Origin: the human T2T-CHM13v2.0 reference genome, Homo sapiens
Assembly (NCBI GenBank): GCA_009914755.4
Contig: CP068257.2
Location: 17,664,001-17,728,000 of the forward strand
Length of the DNA: 64,000 nucleotides
Direction: 5' to 3'
The translations under genes and the position numbers were made by a program. Below, in pieces: positions 1 to 14,290 of this stretch (positions are counted from its first letter, which is position 1; the number at the start of each line of letters is the position of its first letter). Under the pieces are notes generated by a model. It saw nothing but the letters and a program-made list of their open reading frames with translations. It was not told the DNA's origin and did no database searches.

Positions 1-632
1 TGAGAGAGTCTGGAGAGAATGGTATTATCTGGCTCGTGGTTTTTCTTTAATAAACATAGTTAGTTTCAAGTACTAAATTTGAAATGAAGTAAAAGAATGA
101 ATAGGCAAGCAGAAAGCTCATGTGACTTCTAACTAGAATTTTCAAAAGGGAAGGGAAAAGAGAGGAGAAGGCAACAATCATTTCTCATGCATTTTTTATT
201 TACTGGTCAGCAGGTGAAGGATAAGCCACACCCACATCCTAGCACCCACAGAGAGAAATAGGCCATGGATCCCCTTTGGAAAAGAAAGAAGACAAACATA
301 TCTTCAAATCTGAATCTAACAATTTCAATTCCTTGAAAATTAAATCTTAAGAACACCTATCACTCCTCTTAGGATAATCAAAATAATTCCAACTTCCCAA
401 AAGTTTCTGTAATAAAAGCTGGGGAAAGGAATTTGAAAAGTTCCACTTCCTACCAGCTGGACAGTTGTTTAAATTTTATATAGAACGTATCCCTTTATAA
501 AAGCTATGCATTTTTTTTTAGTTTTGTTTATTTGCTTAAAATTTATGGAATTATAGCATCCTCTACATACTTCCTTTTTTTGTACAAAGAGTTAGAATGA
601 GCCCTGGTTCTTAGAGAAAACTACACATCTTG

Positions 633-707
633 AGAAGAAAGAAAGCAAGAAAGAAGGAAGGAAGGAAGAAGAAAGAGAGAGAGAGAAAGAAAGAAAAAAT
701 TTCTATA
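633..707. repeat. Purine-rich simple repeat (GAAA/GGAA/GA)n
   Basis: Direct reading: gaagaaagaaagcaagaaagaaggaaggaaggaagaagaaagagagagagagaaagaaagaaaaaa. Confidence 0.9.
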
Positions 708-2199
708 ACCAAAAAATGACAACAATTTAAATCATGACATAAATGGAGCTTGAATTTACACTGAAAATTGAGATTTGCTGGAAGGAGCTAAAAATTATAC
801 CACAAAAAATAATCCAAAATAATCACTAAAAGGAAGTAAAATAATTTTAAAATGATAAGCACATTGCTGATATCAAAAGCCAAAAAAAAATTATCCAGCA
901 GACAGAAATATAAAGAAAACCCACAGGAGATAGATAAAACTAAACCTGTTTACTCCCCGGAGATAACTGTCCTAGATTCACTAAGCACCTTGGTATCTGT
1001 GATTTTGAATCCGCAGGGGACAGAATATGATTGCACAGACATCTGCATACAAAAGCGAGAACTGGATTCCACATAATGCTAGGACCGGGAAAGAGCAATT
1101 CTACTGAGAAAACTACTCTAAAGATATGGCACGGAAGTAGGCTATACACCTTGTCTACAGGCAAGTAGAGAATGCTACAAGAAATGAAAGGCCCTCAAAA
1201 TGTGACATGTCTGGATGTAAGGCCATATTCTGGGAAGAAATATGTGTAGTTAAAATTGAGCTTTTGTTATTCAGAAGAAGGAGAGAATATTTATTGGTTC
1301 ACTAATTATTAATGTCTTTTGGCATGTAGAAAATAAATCACAAAGACAGAATTTAAGTACCAAGGTACATTGGTTGGAAAAAAATAGCCTGGTCTAGTTG
1401 ATTTACACTTATTTGTGGCAATAGCTAAGGTTTTGGATGGAAAATAGTATTTAACTTAGGGAGGCAACTGGGAATTTTATTATGAGGGGGTTCGGAGAAG
1501 AGATGTGTGGATAATTCTTTCTTTATAGCCCTAGAACATGAGAATAATTTTTCTTATATTAGTGCTCATCAAAAAATCTTTCTGTGGGTGAGACTCTTAA
1601 TAGTAGAATGGTCAGGATGACTTGCCATATGGATCTAAATATTCTCCTTCCAGTTGTCCTCTGTGATTGGTCACTGAGTCTCTTAACACTTGGATGGAGG
1701 GCAGCTACATGAGTGTCTTACTTGTGGAGTCATGCTCATTGACACATCCCTAATTTTCCTTCAGCAGAAACCAACACAATGAGGATAAATTATATCTAGT
1801 GGTAATTTCATTGTAAATCAATTTTCCACTCTATAGATGAATGCAAGTTGTTCTCAATGGGCAAACATAATGTAGATTTCACATTTAAAAAATTGGCTTA
1901 CAGGCTTCTTCCTCTAGAGCTATGCATGGTCTTTCTTAATACCATATATATTTCCACAGTATTCCATCAAGCATTTTTTCTAATCAAGATATATACCTTT
2001 ACTGCAAAAATATTCTCTATCCCACAAAGGAAGGTGGTCTCACATGGAATAACCTACAGATATTTCAATTACAATATCAAAGAGGAGAGAAAGTATGCAA
2101 CAGGGGTTGCTGCCTGCCAAAATGTTCTCTATGCACTGAATAACAAACATACGATACTTCTTGTTCTCTTATTACCATTGAGACGGCCAGGTGGGAAGG

Positions 2200-2530
2200 G
2201 CTCCCTGCAGAGTCTCTGACCCACCTGTGCACTGGGGGGAGCTGACATTGGAGTGGAGCCACAGAGGTTCACTTCATTTGCAGCAGGGAGGAGCCTGGCT
2301 CCTCCTCTTCCTAGGTGGGCCCTAGAATTCAAAGTGCAAGACAGGAAGCACACCCACAGGGACTCTGGCTATGTGGAGGGTCCATGTTACCCGGTTTTTC
2401 CCTTTTCACCCAATAAAACCCTGCCTTATTCATCCTTCAAATCAGCTGCAAGCCTAAATTTTCATGGCCATGTGACAAGGACCCCATCTTTAGCTGAACT
2501 AAGGGAAAGTCCCGCAACACCGTAATACAT
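2200..2530. mobile_element. Possible solo LTR fragment (unclassified ERV LTR-like)
   Basis: LTR-like layout: aataaa signal followed by ...ccctgccttattcatcc, with GC-rich U3-like upstream sequence. The match to a known family is from memory only and is weak. Confidence 0.2.
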
Positions 2531-3914
2531 GCCCTAGGAAGAATTCCTCTCTTATGATTGTACTTAGGTACTTGTTTGCAGAAATCGTCTTCTCAAACTT
2601 ACCTCAAGGCTCTAGGTTCTTTGTTTTAGAGCATTTGGTATATAATAGAGAAATGCTCCTGCCAAATGCTACAAAATCAGTTCCATTTAAAATCAGGCAG
2701 ATACTTTACCATTTCAGTATCTCTACCTTACTAAAAAAAACAGGTAAAACAGTACAAAGTACTATCTTCAGTTACTGATTTTGACTATGCAAAAGTAATA
2801 AAAGTGCTGCTTTTAAACAGAATCAGGAAACATATGCCCAGAAAATTCTCTGACATGCCTCCTAATAGTAACATGTCCAAAAGTAAACATTAAAATAAGT
2901 CTACTTTATGATGGCCCACATCACCCCACCAGATAAAGAATTTTACCCAAAGATGGAAGGTGAAGATAACATAGACTAGGTAATATTGCAGAGAACAAAT
3001 AGGAGATATAGGATTGTGAAGGGTTGCAAAAAGGAGGACTATAGACCTGATCTGTATTTTTCCTTCCTAGTCATTAGTATATTTGTGCATGTCATTAATT
3101 TTCTCATTAAACTCATCTACATGCCCTTCATGTAAATGCATCATGTCAATAGTTCTTAATTTGAAAAGCTTACGCATAGGCCTAATAATATGGAGAATCA
3201 TATTTTGTAGTAAAATATTTTGACTAGTATTGGATGTGAGTCATAGATTCTTGACAGAGGGTCTGAGGCCTTATTGATAAGAGGTATACTCATTCCCCTT
3301 GGAGATTAAAGTGAGTTCACTTCCAGTAATTCTGGATATAAATGGTTTATGTTAGGTGGTATTTGTTTTGTTTTCATTAAAGACCTAATGGATGGATGGA
3401 TGGTTGGACTACAGATAGATGAATGTTCGGCAGACAAAAAATCGAACTGTGATTGATACATTTTATTTTTCATTTTTGCCTTCCTAGTATCAAAACAATA
3501 TTTTTATTTGTTGAGAAATCCCCCAATGGTTATAATTCAAGATGGGGTAATAATTTGCCTCACACTAATGAAACTGAAGCAACTGAGATTCAATGATATA
3601 AATACTTAAGCTCACTTTGTGTTTCAGAACTCAGAATGCCAGATTTTTTTTCTCTTCTACATCATAAAAGATGTCACAAACATCTACATATTCATCCTCG
3701 AGTAATACTGACTAGCTTAACTATATTATTGGAAATAAATTAAGAAATTTTCTTTCTTCTATTCCCTTGTATAGTTTAATGATCAAATATGGATGAAAGT
3801 GCTAAAGTTGTGTGTGCATAGATACATACAAAAACTTATACACACAAATATATATACAGACAGATTTGTATATATACTAAACCTCAATGTATATAAAATA
3901 ACCAAATACTTTTT

Positions 3915-4224
3915 TTATGATTTATTATTTATTTATTTTTTTAAGACAGAGTCTTGCTCTGTTGGCTAGGCTGGAGTGCAGTGGCGTGATCTCAGCTCAC
4001 GGCAACCTCCGCCTCCCAGGTTCAAGCAATTTTTGTGTTTCGGCCTCCTGAGTAGCTGAGATTACAGGCACCCGGCACCACTCCTGGGTAATTTTTGAAT
4101 TTTTAGTAAAGACAGGGTTTACCATGTTGCCCAGGCTGTTCTCTAATTCCTGGCCTCAAGTGATCCACCTGCCTTGGCCTCCCAGTGTGCTGGGATTACA
4201 GGCATGAGCCCCCACACCTGGCCC
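3915..4224 (-). mobile_element. Alu SINE (AluS-like), antisense
   Basis: The + strand reads ttttttaagacagagtcttgctctgttggctaggctggagtgcagtggcgtgatctcagctcac...cctcccagtgtgctgggattacaggcatgagcc, which is the reverse complement of the Alu consensus. A T/TTTA-rich tail sits at the 5' side. Confidence 0.9.
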
Positions 4225-5517
4225 AAATATAGTTATTTTTACAACAAAAGTCATGAAGGAAAATATTGTTCCCTCTAATAAATGAAGGAAACAACTAAGT
4301 AGTGATTGTACTTAAGTATCCAGCACTGCTACTATGTTGATAATTTGAGCTATCCGAAGTACTTACTAAGAGAGTTTGTCTCCTCAGATACACAGTATTT
4401 CAAGCAGAATGATCATTAGTCAGCAAAAGGCAAAAGATAATTAGTTCTACTCTTTGTAGTTTCCACACTAAGCAGTCTGCTTAGAGGCATAGGAGATGAT
4501 TTGAAACAGCAGTTCATTACATACAGGTACCCATTGCTCTCAGAATTATTTGTTATGTCTTACACTGTTTTATTTCATTGCTTCTTTTCTGGCTACATTG
4601 TTTAATTTTTTTTTCTTAGACCATTTTTTTCCTATTCCTAAGCCTCAAATGTTCTAAATTATTTGGTTTATTTTACATAATTTTGTTTCTTTAAACAGTT
4701 TTAATATATCTCCAATTGCTTAATATTTAAATATAGTGTTATTATTTATTTATTTTGTATTTATAATTCCCTTATAAGGATTTCTAAGTTGACATTTATT
4801 TAGCTACTTTTTAAACTTTATCTCTCTTTATTATATTTTCTAAATACACTAATATGCTTTCATTTTCTTTTGCTTTTTGTAATAAGACTGTTATTAATGT
4901 ACTTTGACCTAGTTATAACTGAATGTAGATTTAAGAACAAGGATTCCACATGTTGTAAATAGGTAAAGCTGGGTCTTTCCCCTCCCTTCTACATAATACT
5001 TCAATTGTTTTGCTAATTAATGACCTTCTATTTCCAAAGTGAATTTTTTTCTAAAAATCATCATTTTTCCCTCTTATGGCTTAGTCACTGATACATTTCT
5101 CTAGACTCCTTCTGTATCCATTTATATTTTTGCCAATATACTCTTTGGTATTAATATATTGCATTCCATATGCCTCCAGTTCCCAAACTGCACGTCAAGG
5201 CAGTCACAGGGACATCATAGAATGTCCTAAAGTTTCAAGGAAGCATAGCAATACTTGGCATGTCCAAATATCACGGACACTACTTACTCCAGGTAACTCA
5301 GTTTCAACATTATCTCATACTATATTTCTTTAGAGGATGTCACGTTTTTGTGAATTCATTTCTTGGCTGCAAGAACACATATCCCATTAGTAAGTAATTG
5401 TGATTTTTTTGGCAATGAAATACAAATATTTGGTTTTCTTTCCATTAATGTGAAGTATTTTTTTTCAAAAGGCTACAGAATTGTTGGTATATAAATTCGT
5501 AAGTTATTTGGAACTAA

Positions 5518-5850
<333 letters not shown>

Positions 5851-7166
5851 TAACTCAGGTAATTCTTTTACTCTAGGAGTGCTGTGAAAGATGAAACACT
5901 TATGGCACCATGAATGCAGAATGTTTGGTAAAAGCTGCCACAAATCCTCAGAGGATGAGTTGAGTTACTGCCAAGTGCTTCCTCTACTGTGTATGGAACT
6001 GAACTATTTCAGATTTCAATAGCAAATGCTCATCCTGGCTAGGAAAAAAGAAATTTTAATAGGACCAATTGTATTCTTTTATCCATGGCATTGTTTAGAT
6101 ATTTAAATTACCAAACTTATTTTTTTCTGGCTAAATTATCTCAGGCCTTGTAAACAAAACATGGTAAGATCTGTGGAAGAAAAAGAGAAGTTTATTTTCT
6201 ATTTTGCTATAACAAAAGCAACAACAAAAACCCACCTGCAGATTGGGAAGGCACAGCCTTCAGTGTAAGTGAAGTGTGCTCTCTGAAGGATAAAGAAAAG
6301 ACTATAGGTTTTATAAAAAGGAGAAATGTTACACATGGTTCTTTGGGAAATTTCATTGGCACTAATAATGTTTTGAGGAGCTGGCAAGCTCTGATTGCTA
6401 AGTCACTGCAGCAGAAAAACTAGTCTGAGTATAAGTTGCGGCAGGTTGTTTCAGCAGTCATCTGATAAAACCACTTTCAGGTTACAGCAGGCATTCTTAG
6501 CTGCCAGCCTTGCAGAGAAACACATTTTTGGATCAATGTGTTGTGCCCTGAGTGCTTATTCCCCATGGCTTCTCCAGTCCATTTTAGTTGGGTATGACAA
6601 AAATGACCCAGCTCTTATAATCAGCTTTCAGTCTTTATAGTTTTCTTCATAGACCAGTTCCTCCATTTTCTTACTGTGGTGGAGATGGCTAAGATTATCT
6701 GTTACCTCCTTGTTTGTAGTAGAAGTAGAGCTCTCCTGATTTTTGAGCTGGGCAGCTGGCTGCCTTTCTTTATGTTGGCAGGCTCTCCTGTGGTGGGGTG
6801 TGGCTATATCACTGTGTTCACACTAATCGATGTAAGCTGGAATGAGGTGTGCAATTTCCAAGTCATCCTTGACTCACACACTTGCCAGAGATTTCCTTTC
6901 TTTTTTACACATGCCTCCTATTGGACAGAGCAAGGGCATTGACTCTTGCTTGGCCATTCAGGTATAAAGGAAACCTTTGTGGATAGCAAAGAAATGAAAT
7001 TAACTAGGGTTTTAAACAATTCTGTGCAGCAAAGTCCCCACCTGCTTGGACTAGCTAGAGTGTTATATGATACAGAAATGAATTTTTATCTTATATAATC
7101 CAGTGTATTTTTAGACTTATTGTTATAGCCTAGTTATTATTCTAACACATTTAGCATTTAAATTAT

Positions 7167-7498
7167 CTTTTTTTTTCTTTTTCTTTTCTTTTCTTTTTTC
7201 TTTTTTTTTTTGAGACAGCGTTTCCCTCTGTCTCCCAGGATGATGTGCATTGGTGCAATCTTGGCTAATTGCAGTCTCAACATCCTGGGGGCAAGCAATT
7301 CTCCCACCTCAGCATCCCCAATAGATCAATAAATGGAACCACAGGCATGTGCCATCACACTTGGCTAATTTTTGTATTTTTTGTAGAGACACCGTTTTGC
7401 AATGTTGCCCAGGCTGATCGCCAACCCTGCACTCAAGTGATCTGTCCGCCTCTGTCTCCCAAAGTGTTGGGATTACATGCATGAGCCACAGTGCCCAG
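7167..7498 (-). mobile_element. Alu SINE (older, AluJ/S-like), antisense
   Basis: A (tttc)n/T-rich tail is followed by gagacagcgtttccctctgtctcccagg...caaagtgttgggattacatgcatgagccacagtgcccagc. The copy is diverged from the consensus. Confidence 0.9.
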
Positions 7499-10400
7499 CA
7501 AAACTTGTTTTGTTGACATTTTTACTAATTGTAGCAAATAAATAATCACAGACAAATTAAATTATATGTTAACACACAGTCATGGATTTTGACTGATTAT
7601 TTACTTTTCCTGATAATTTGTGAGTACATCAGCTTTTGTAACCTCAAAGAATGTGTTTAATATAACCTAGACACGAAAGCCTAATGTAAGCAGATGCCTC
7701 ATGACTTGAATCTACCCAGAGTCCATATACAGCTAATCATACATGCACTAAAAAGATTCATTGCCAATTGTTTTTTATGAATTATAGATATTAGATGATA
7801 TGGCTTGAAGAAAAATAGCATCAATCAGCAAACCTCCCCTTTGGGCATCTTCATATTGATCACAAAGTTCTTTGGGGTCCTGCCTTCTGAAATTAATATA
7901 TATATATATAAATTAATATATATAACTATATATTAGTTATATACTTTTATTTTTAGCGATATTCATCTTTGATTCTTATTTAAACACTATTATGCAAAAC
8001 AAGAATCCTAGAAGTTAGCATGGCCTACCGCATTTCTTAAAAAGCAGTTCAGTCACCATTTATGGTCACTTGAAGCTATTATCTCTGTTTCTCCCTGCCT
8101 TTCTTAAGTGTTGCACCCATTTATTACACATATACAAATTCACTGTGTTTTCCCTGTCATAGTTTTAAGATATGTCCACTCATCTTTCAACACTTCTTCC
8201 TAGAAAAGTACAACCTAATTCTCCTACCTCTGACTATGGACTGAACTGGACTTGCTAATTTAGAACAGAATATGCCAGAAGTAATGGTATGTGACACCCA
8301 AGGTGGGTCATAAAAGACGTTGAATCCCTGAACCTTCTATCTTGCTCGCCTTCAGGGATAACTCACTCTAGAGGAAAGCAGTTGCCATGCCATAAAGACA
8401 CTCAAGCAGCCCTCAGGGAGGCCTAAGTACCAAGGAACTGAGGCGTTCTGCCAAAAACCATGTCACTAAGCCATCTTAGAAGCAGTCCCTATAACCCCAC
8501 AAGAGGTCTCACATGACTGTAAACCCAGCTGACATCTTGACTGCAAATTCATTAAGTGATAGATAACTGGTTTAAATTACGTTATAATTAAAGATAATTT
8601 TAAAGTAAGATAACTAGTATTGAGTAAAAGAAATAAACATCTGAAATGTTTACCTTATACCAGGAATGAGATAGGCACAATCACCCTTCCCTTTTCCATG
8701 TCATTTAGGGAGATATTACTCGCTTAAGATTAGGGAATGGACTTCTATTCAAATAAAAGTAATTTTATATTATATTTGCAGATGTGACTGTTTTAAAGCA
8801 AGCCTGTTTTCTATTTAATAAAATTAAGTATGTGTACCTCCATCACCCATCTCATCATCTTACCATTTACAAAATTTCCACGTAAAATTACTCTATTTGA
8901 TTTGACTTAATCAGAATATGGATAGAATTTGTTTTCTTTGAATAAATAGGCAGATTTCTAGTCAACTTTAAAAAATTATCTAGCTGTAATGTTTCTCCAC
9001 CCTAGATTCTCACTTTGTGTTCAAAACCATCATTTAATTTAGGTGTATGATGTGTTGAGAGTTGAATCTGTAACATCATTTGTGGTCTCTAAACTCTTGA
9101 CACTAAGATACACTGTAACACCTTTACATTGATATGTCTTCTCTGATTTGTGTCTCTGGTTTAAAATATATTTTTCATTTCCATGTTTTTATTGCAGTTT
9201 GAAGTGTCATAGAGAAGATGACAATCATGTTTCACATAACTGGATTATCTCCAAAATTGAGTCTGATGAGAACAATGCCATTCAGGATGGTTATTAAAAA
9301 TGTTAATACTCTAAGAAGGAACATGGAGTTCTAACCATCTGTCTGAGAACTAAATCCCATTATTATATTAAATCATGCAAATTATTTTGTAGAAAGTGAC
9401 ATACAAGGTCACTTGTATGTATGTATTGTATTGACATACAATATTTGTGTTGAAAAAAATATATTGTATTGAAAAATATAGTAAATGTATACAGGCAAAT
9501 GTTCACTTTGATAAACCAGATTTTCAAAAATAATACAAAGTTAATTTTTTAAATGCTATGGGATGAATAAAATTAACTTGGAAAGGTAAACATAAAAATG
9601 ATGAAAATAATATCTAGAGGAAAAGTTTGAGATGCTGTAAATAAATGATTTTTTCTGTTTGCAGAGCGAAACGTCTTTTGTTTTATCATGTACCTATGTA
9701 TTTATTTTCTGAAACATTACTGATTAATGCACTTACACAAGTTTATAAATCTAAACACTATTTTTTATTTTTAAAATATGTAAAAATTGCCACATTTACT
9801 CAGTGAATCATGCTTACAATCTATTTTCTTGGAATATTTTCTGTGTTATATGAAAAATAATAGTTTAGATAATAGCTTTTCCAAAATGAGACAATAAAAC
9901 AGATAATTTCTTTTACTCACTGTTCTGAGGAGTATGCTTATAAACTACTTGCCATCTATTCAATGAAGAAAGTTTCCTAACCACTTGTATGTGAACAGTT
10001 TGTCCCTTAGAATAAAATTTTGACACTGTCATGTCAGAAAGAACCATTATATGAATGAAAATGTATGAGTTAATAATTATGTGTTTCTTGAATTAAATAT
10101 TTATGAGCAATTTGCCCAACTAAGAGAACTTTAACCAGGCATTTTTGACTGTATTTTTTAATTCATGAAGGAATCAGGAAAAATCTTTGGATAGAACATT
10201 AGATGAGCCAATTGCTGAATAAATGGAACCAGAGTTGAAATGGACACAGTAAAATGAAGAAACTGAAAAGGAAAATAGAAGTTACATTGCAAAATTGGAA
10301 GTTGTATTGGTTAGATTTCCATCAGATGGGGTATTTATGAATTCTAAAAGAAAAAATCTACCTATACTTATTATATGTATTAGGTAGAAATGAAGTATTT

Positions 10401-11037
10401 AAAATGACCACTTAAACATTTAGTCTCAGTCATTTATTTGGGGACTGAGAGTGGAGCCTGGAAAACCAGAAAGGAAAGTAGAACAGAAATTACAGAATGA
10501 GGCAATAATAGCTTTATTTACTATAAACATGATTTTGATATAATGTGTTTATATATCTTGTTCTGCTTCAGGAAAACTTTAGTAAACTAAGCTGCAGATA
10601 ATTTGGTATTTTTCAAAACACATCCATATGGAAGAGAGACTGCATATTTCTAGTGTGAAATTAATTTCAAATTGAATCAGGTAATAAAAGCTCAATGAAA
10701 TATCATGTGTAATTTTTATAAAACTAAGTAAAATTATTTTTAAAAATTCATATATTTGAAAGTTATCTATGCTTTGATACTCATATTTCTTTTTATTTTA
10801 CAAGCAATATAGTTTATTTACTCTTTACAAATATATTAAAAAATCCCACCATTGGCAATCATTCTCTACCTAAAGTTGTAAAGTTGTATCAGCCATTTTT
10901 TTTCTCACTTATATTTTACCCAGGATCATGCTGAAACAGTGCCTATAACTGGTCATTACCACAAACATGTGTAATTGCTCCCAAAATTTTCTTCCAAAAA
11001 ATTTCCTACTTGACCCCCCCATATTAAACTTAGAACT

Positions 11038-11260
11038 ATATATATACACACACACACACACACACATATGTATACTAATAGTTCATATATGTGTGTGTGT
11101 GTATATATACACATACGTGTGTGTGTGTATATATATGTGTATATATGTGTATATATGTGTATATATATGTATATATGTGTATATGTATATGTATACGTAT
11201 ATATATGTATATATATGTATATATGTATATGTATACGTATATATATGTATATGTATATAC

Positions 11261-11303
<43 letters not shown>
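11038..11303. repeat. Compound microsatellite (CA)n/(TG)n/(TA)n/(TATG)n
   Basis: Direct reading: atatatatacacacacacacacacacatatg...gtgtgtgtgtgtatatatacacatacgtgtgtgtgtgtatatat...(at)n. The long low-complexity ORFs in the track at 10967-11360 are artefacts of this repeat. Confidence 0.95.
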
Positions 11304-11305
<2 letters not shown>

Positions 11306-11306
<1 letters not shown>

Positions 11307-11663
11307 TTAGTCTGTTTGCATGCTGCTATGAAGAAATACCCGAGGCTGAGTAATTTGTAAAGGAAAGAGGTTTAATTGACTCAAGGTTCCACAGGGCTGG
11401 GGAGGCCTCAGGAAATTTACAATCATGATGGAAAGAACCTCTTCACAGTAAAGCATGAGAGAGAATGAGAGTGCTGAGCAAAGGGGAAAGCTCCTTATAA
11501 AACATTCAGATCTCATGAGAACTCCCTCACTACCACAATAACAACATGGGGGGGAAGCTGCTCCTATGATTCAATTATCTCCACCTGGTCCTGCCCTTGG
11601 TGTGTGGGGGCTATTACAATTCAAGCTGAGATTCGGGTGGGGACACAGAGCCAAACCATGTCA
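11306..11663 (-). mobile_element. MaLR solo LTR (MST-like), antisense
   Basis: Begins tattagtctgtttgcatgctgctatgaagaaatacccgaggctgagtaatttgtaaaggaaagaggtttaattgactcaaggttccacagggctggggaggcctcaggaaatttacaatcatg and ends ...gagattcgggtggggacacagagccaaaccatgtca. This is the reverse complement of the THE1/MST LTR consensus, which runs TGATATGGTTTGGCTGTGTCCCCACCCAAATCTCA ... CTAATACA. Confidence 0.8.
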
Positions 11664-11987
11664 AGAATTATCCAAATCTCACATTTTAAAAATCCAGATA
11701 TTCAAGAATCTCAAAAAATACTAAGCAGGAAAATTCAAAGAAAAATACTTCTAAGAGTACTAGAAGAAAATAAGATTACATGCTAATAACTTCCATGAAA
11801 ATAGACGCAAAAATCCAAAGTAAAATATTAGGAAATTGAATCCAGCAACATATAAAAAATAATAAAACAAAAGCATGAAGGCTAACCCCAGAGATGCAGT
11901 TGTTTTGACATTTGAAAATTAATTGATTTATCACATTAATAGAATAAAGTAGAAAAAATATGTTTATTCTAATAGACGGTGTATTAG
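11664..11987 (+). mobile_element. L1 (LINE-1) ORF2 fragment, sense, ancient family
   Basis: The + strand translates to ...ILGN*IQQHIKNNKTKA*RLTPEMQLF*HLKIN*FITLIE*SRKNMFILIDG. This matches the L1 ORF2 segment [60 protein letters not shown]. Confidence 0.75.
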
Positions 11988-12263
11988 TCCATTCTCACAC
12001 TGCTATAAAGAAAAACTACCTGATACTGGGTAATTTATGAAGGAAAGAGGTTTAATTGACTCACAGTTCCACATGGCTGGGCGGGGGGCACTCAGGAAAC
12101 TTACAATCGTGCTGTAAGAAGAAGCAAGGTACATCTTATAGGGTGGCAGGAGAGAGAAAAAGCACAGGGGAAACTGCCACTTTTAAACCATCAGATCTCA
12201 GAATATGCTGGGATTACAATTTGAGATGAGATTTGGGTAGGGACACAGAGCCAAACCGTATCA
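11988..12263 (-). mobile_element. MaLR LTR (THE1/MSTA-like), antisense, with internal deletion
   Basis: Reads gtgtattagtccattctcacactgctataaagaaaaactacctgatactgggtaatttatgaaggaaagaggtttaattgactcacagttccacatggctgg...gagatttgggtagggacacagagccaaaccgtatca. This is a close reverse-complement match to the THE1 LTR but lacks the middle of the consensus. Confidence 0.85.
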
Positions 12264-13306
12264 TTTCGCCCCAGCCCCTCCCAAATCTCATATCCTTTTC
12301 AGATTTCAAAATCAATCATGCCTTTTCTACAGTCCCCCAAAGTCTTGACTCATTCCAGCATTAGCTCAGAAGTCCAAGTCCAAAGTCTCATCTGAGACAA
12401 GGCAAGTTCCTTTTGCCAATGAGCCTGTAAATTTTAAAACAAGTTAATTACTTCCAAGATACAATGGGGGTACATTGCAAATATTGAGTAAATATTTATA
12501 GGCATTGAGTAAATATTACCATTCCAAATGAAAGAAATTGGCCAAAATAAATGAGCTACAGGCCCCATGCAAGGCCAAAATCTGGCCTGACAATCATTAA
12601 ATCTTAAGCTCCAAAATGATCTTCTTTGACTTGATGTCTCATATTCAGGGCATGCTGATGCAAGGGGTGGTCTCCCACAGCCTTGGGCAACTCCACCTCT
12701 GTGTCTCTGCAGGGTACAGCTCCTGCAGCTGCTTTCCTGGGCTGGCATTGAGTATCTGTGGCTTTTCCAGGTGCAGGGTACAAGCTATTGGTGGGTCTGC
12801 TTTTCTGGGGTATGAAGGGTGGTGGCCCTCTTCTCACAGCTCCACTAGGCAGCACCCCAGTGGGGACTCTATATGTGGTTCCAACCCCACATTTCTCTTC
12901 TGCACTTCTCTAGCAGAGTTTCTTCATGAGGGCTCCACCCCTGCAGCAGACTTCTGCTTGAACATGAAGGCTTTTTCATACATCCTCTGAAATCTACGCA
13001 GAGGTTCACAAACATCAACTCTTGTCTTCTGCAAACCCACAGGCCCAACACCACACAGAAGCTGCCAGTGGTTGGGGCTTAAACCCTCTGATGCAATGGC
13101 CTGAGCTGTACTTTGGCCCTCTTTAGCCACAGCTGGAGCTGTAGTGGTTGGGATGGAGAGCATCATGTCCTGGGGCTGCACAGAGCAGTGGGGCCCTGGG
13201 CTTGGCCCACAAAACCATTTCTCCCTCCTAATTTTCTGGGCCTGTGATGAGAGGGACTACTGTAAAAATCAGGAGAGCTCTATTTCTACTACGAAGTAGT
13301 AGAAAG
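12264..13306 (-). mobile_element. MaLR (THE1-type) internal region, partial, antisense
   Basis: Contiguous with the LTR at 11988-12263 and non-LINE in character. The flanking L1 ORF2 reading frame resumes at about 13307 with only about 9 aa missing, so this block behaves as one insertion. Track ORFs at 12434-13181 lie inside it. Confidence 0.6.
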
Positions 13307-14290
13307 TTTTCCCTCTTTTATGATATTAGCTTGCAGAAAATTAGAAATAGAAGACATCTTTCTTAATCTGATGAAGAATTTCTACAGGAAGCCCACAAGT
13401 AGCATCATGCTAAATGCTAAAACTTCGTACAATATCTCTTCAGAAAGAGTTATAAGGCAAGGTGAAAGATAAGAAAGCCCAAGATTGCCACTTCTATTCA
13501 ATATTGTATTAGAGGTGCTCGCTAGTGGAATAGGCAAATAGAAAAAAATAAAAGGCATTCGAACTAAGAAAAACAAAAATTATCCCCATTCACAGATAAT
13601 GTAACTGATAGGCAGAGTATCCAAAGGACTACGCAGACAAACTATTAAAATTAATATTTGAATTTGTTAAGATTTATATATAAGGTAAATTTACTAAAAC
13701 TCATTGTGTTTCTATATATTAGCAGGGTGGCATGCAAAATGTCAAGAGTAAGCACATTAAAAGCTGCTCAAAGTCATTATTAACCAAGAGAAAAAAGTCA
13801 ACATCAGAGTTAATACTATTACAACCCCACCAGATGAGCTAAAATTAAAACAAAATGAGAGAAAAACTGACTAGTGTTGGTGAGAATGTGAGCAGAGGGA
13901 ACTGTCATATATTGCTGCAGCAATGAAAATGGTACTACCACTTTGAAAAAAAACTGTTTGGAAATTATTAATAAAAGACTTATGAAAAGAAGTACATACT
14001 AATTGGTATCAGGGAACTACAATAGCAATGAAATACCAATTCAGAACCTTTGACAAAAATTAAACAATCTGATAGTATAAAAGAATTTTATGGTATAAGA
14101 ATATAAGGAAATATAAATAAGTACAGTCATGTCGAAGAGAAAGTGAGCAATATGCAAGAAAGTTACAGATATTTTCAATCGACCAAAATATAATTCTGCT
14201 TTTAAGTGTAAACCATAAAAAAACCTTAAATGTATGTAGGTTTATAGTAAGTAGATGTGGTCCAAGGAAACATGTACTAAAACTTCTTGG
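13307..14290 (+). mobile_element. L1 ORF2 fragment, sense (continuation of the L1 at 11664-11987)
   Basis: The + strand translates to ...FYDISLQKIRNRRHLS*SDEEFLQEAHK / ...KVKDKKAQDCHFYSILY*RCSLVE*ANRKK*KAFELRKTKIIPIHR..., matching ORF2 [37 protein letters not shown]...[32 protein letters not shown]. Further downstream it reads ENVSRGNCHILLQQ*KWYYHFEKKLFGNY, matching NRCWRGCGEIGTLLHCWWDCKLVQPLWKTVW. The 3' end is diffuse and may extend to about 15 kb. Confidence 0.75.

Noticed and set aside
12434-13181. Cluster of 83-124-aa ORFs on both strands
   Set aside because: They lie inside the MaLR (THE1-type) internal region, in a degraded retroelement remnant, and do not form a coherent gene.
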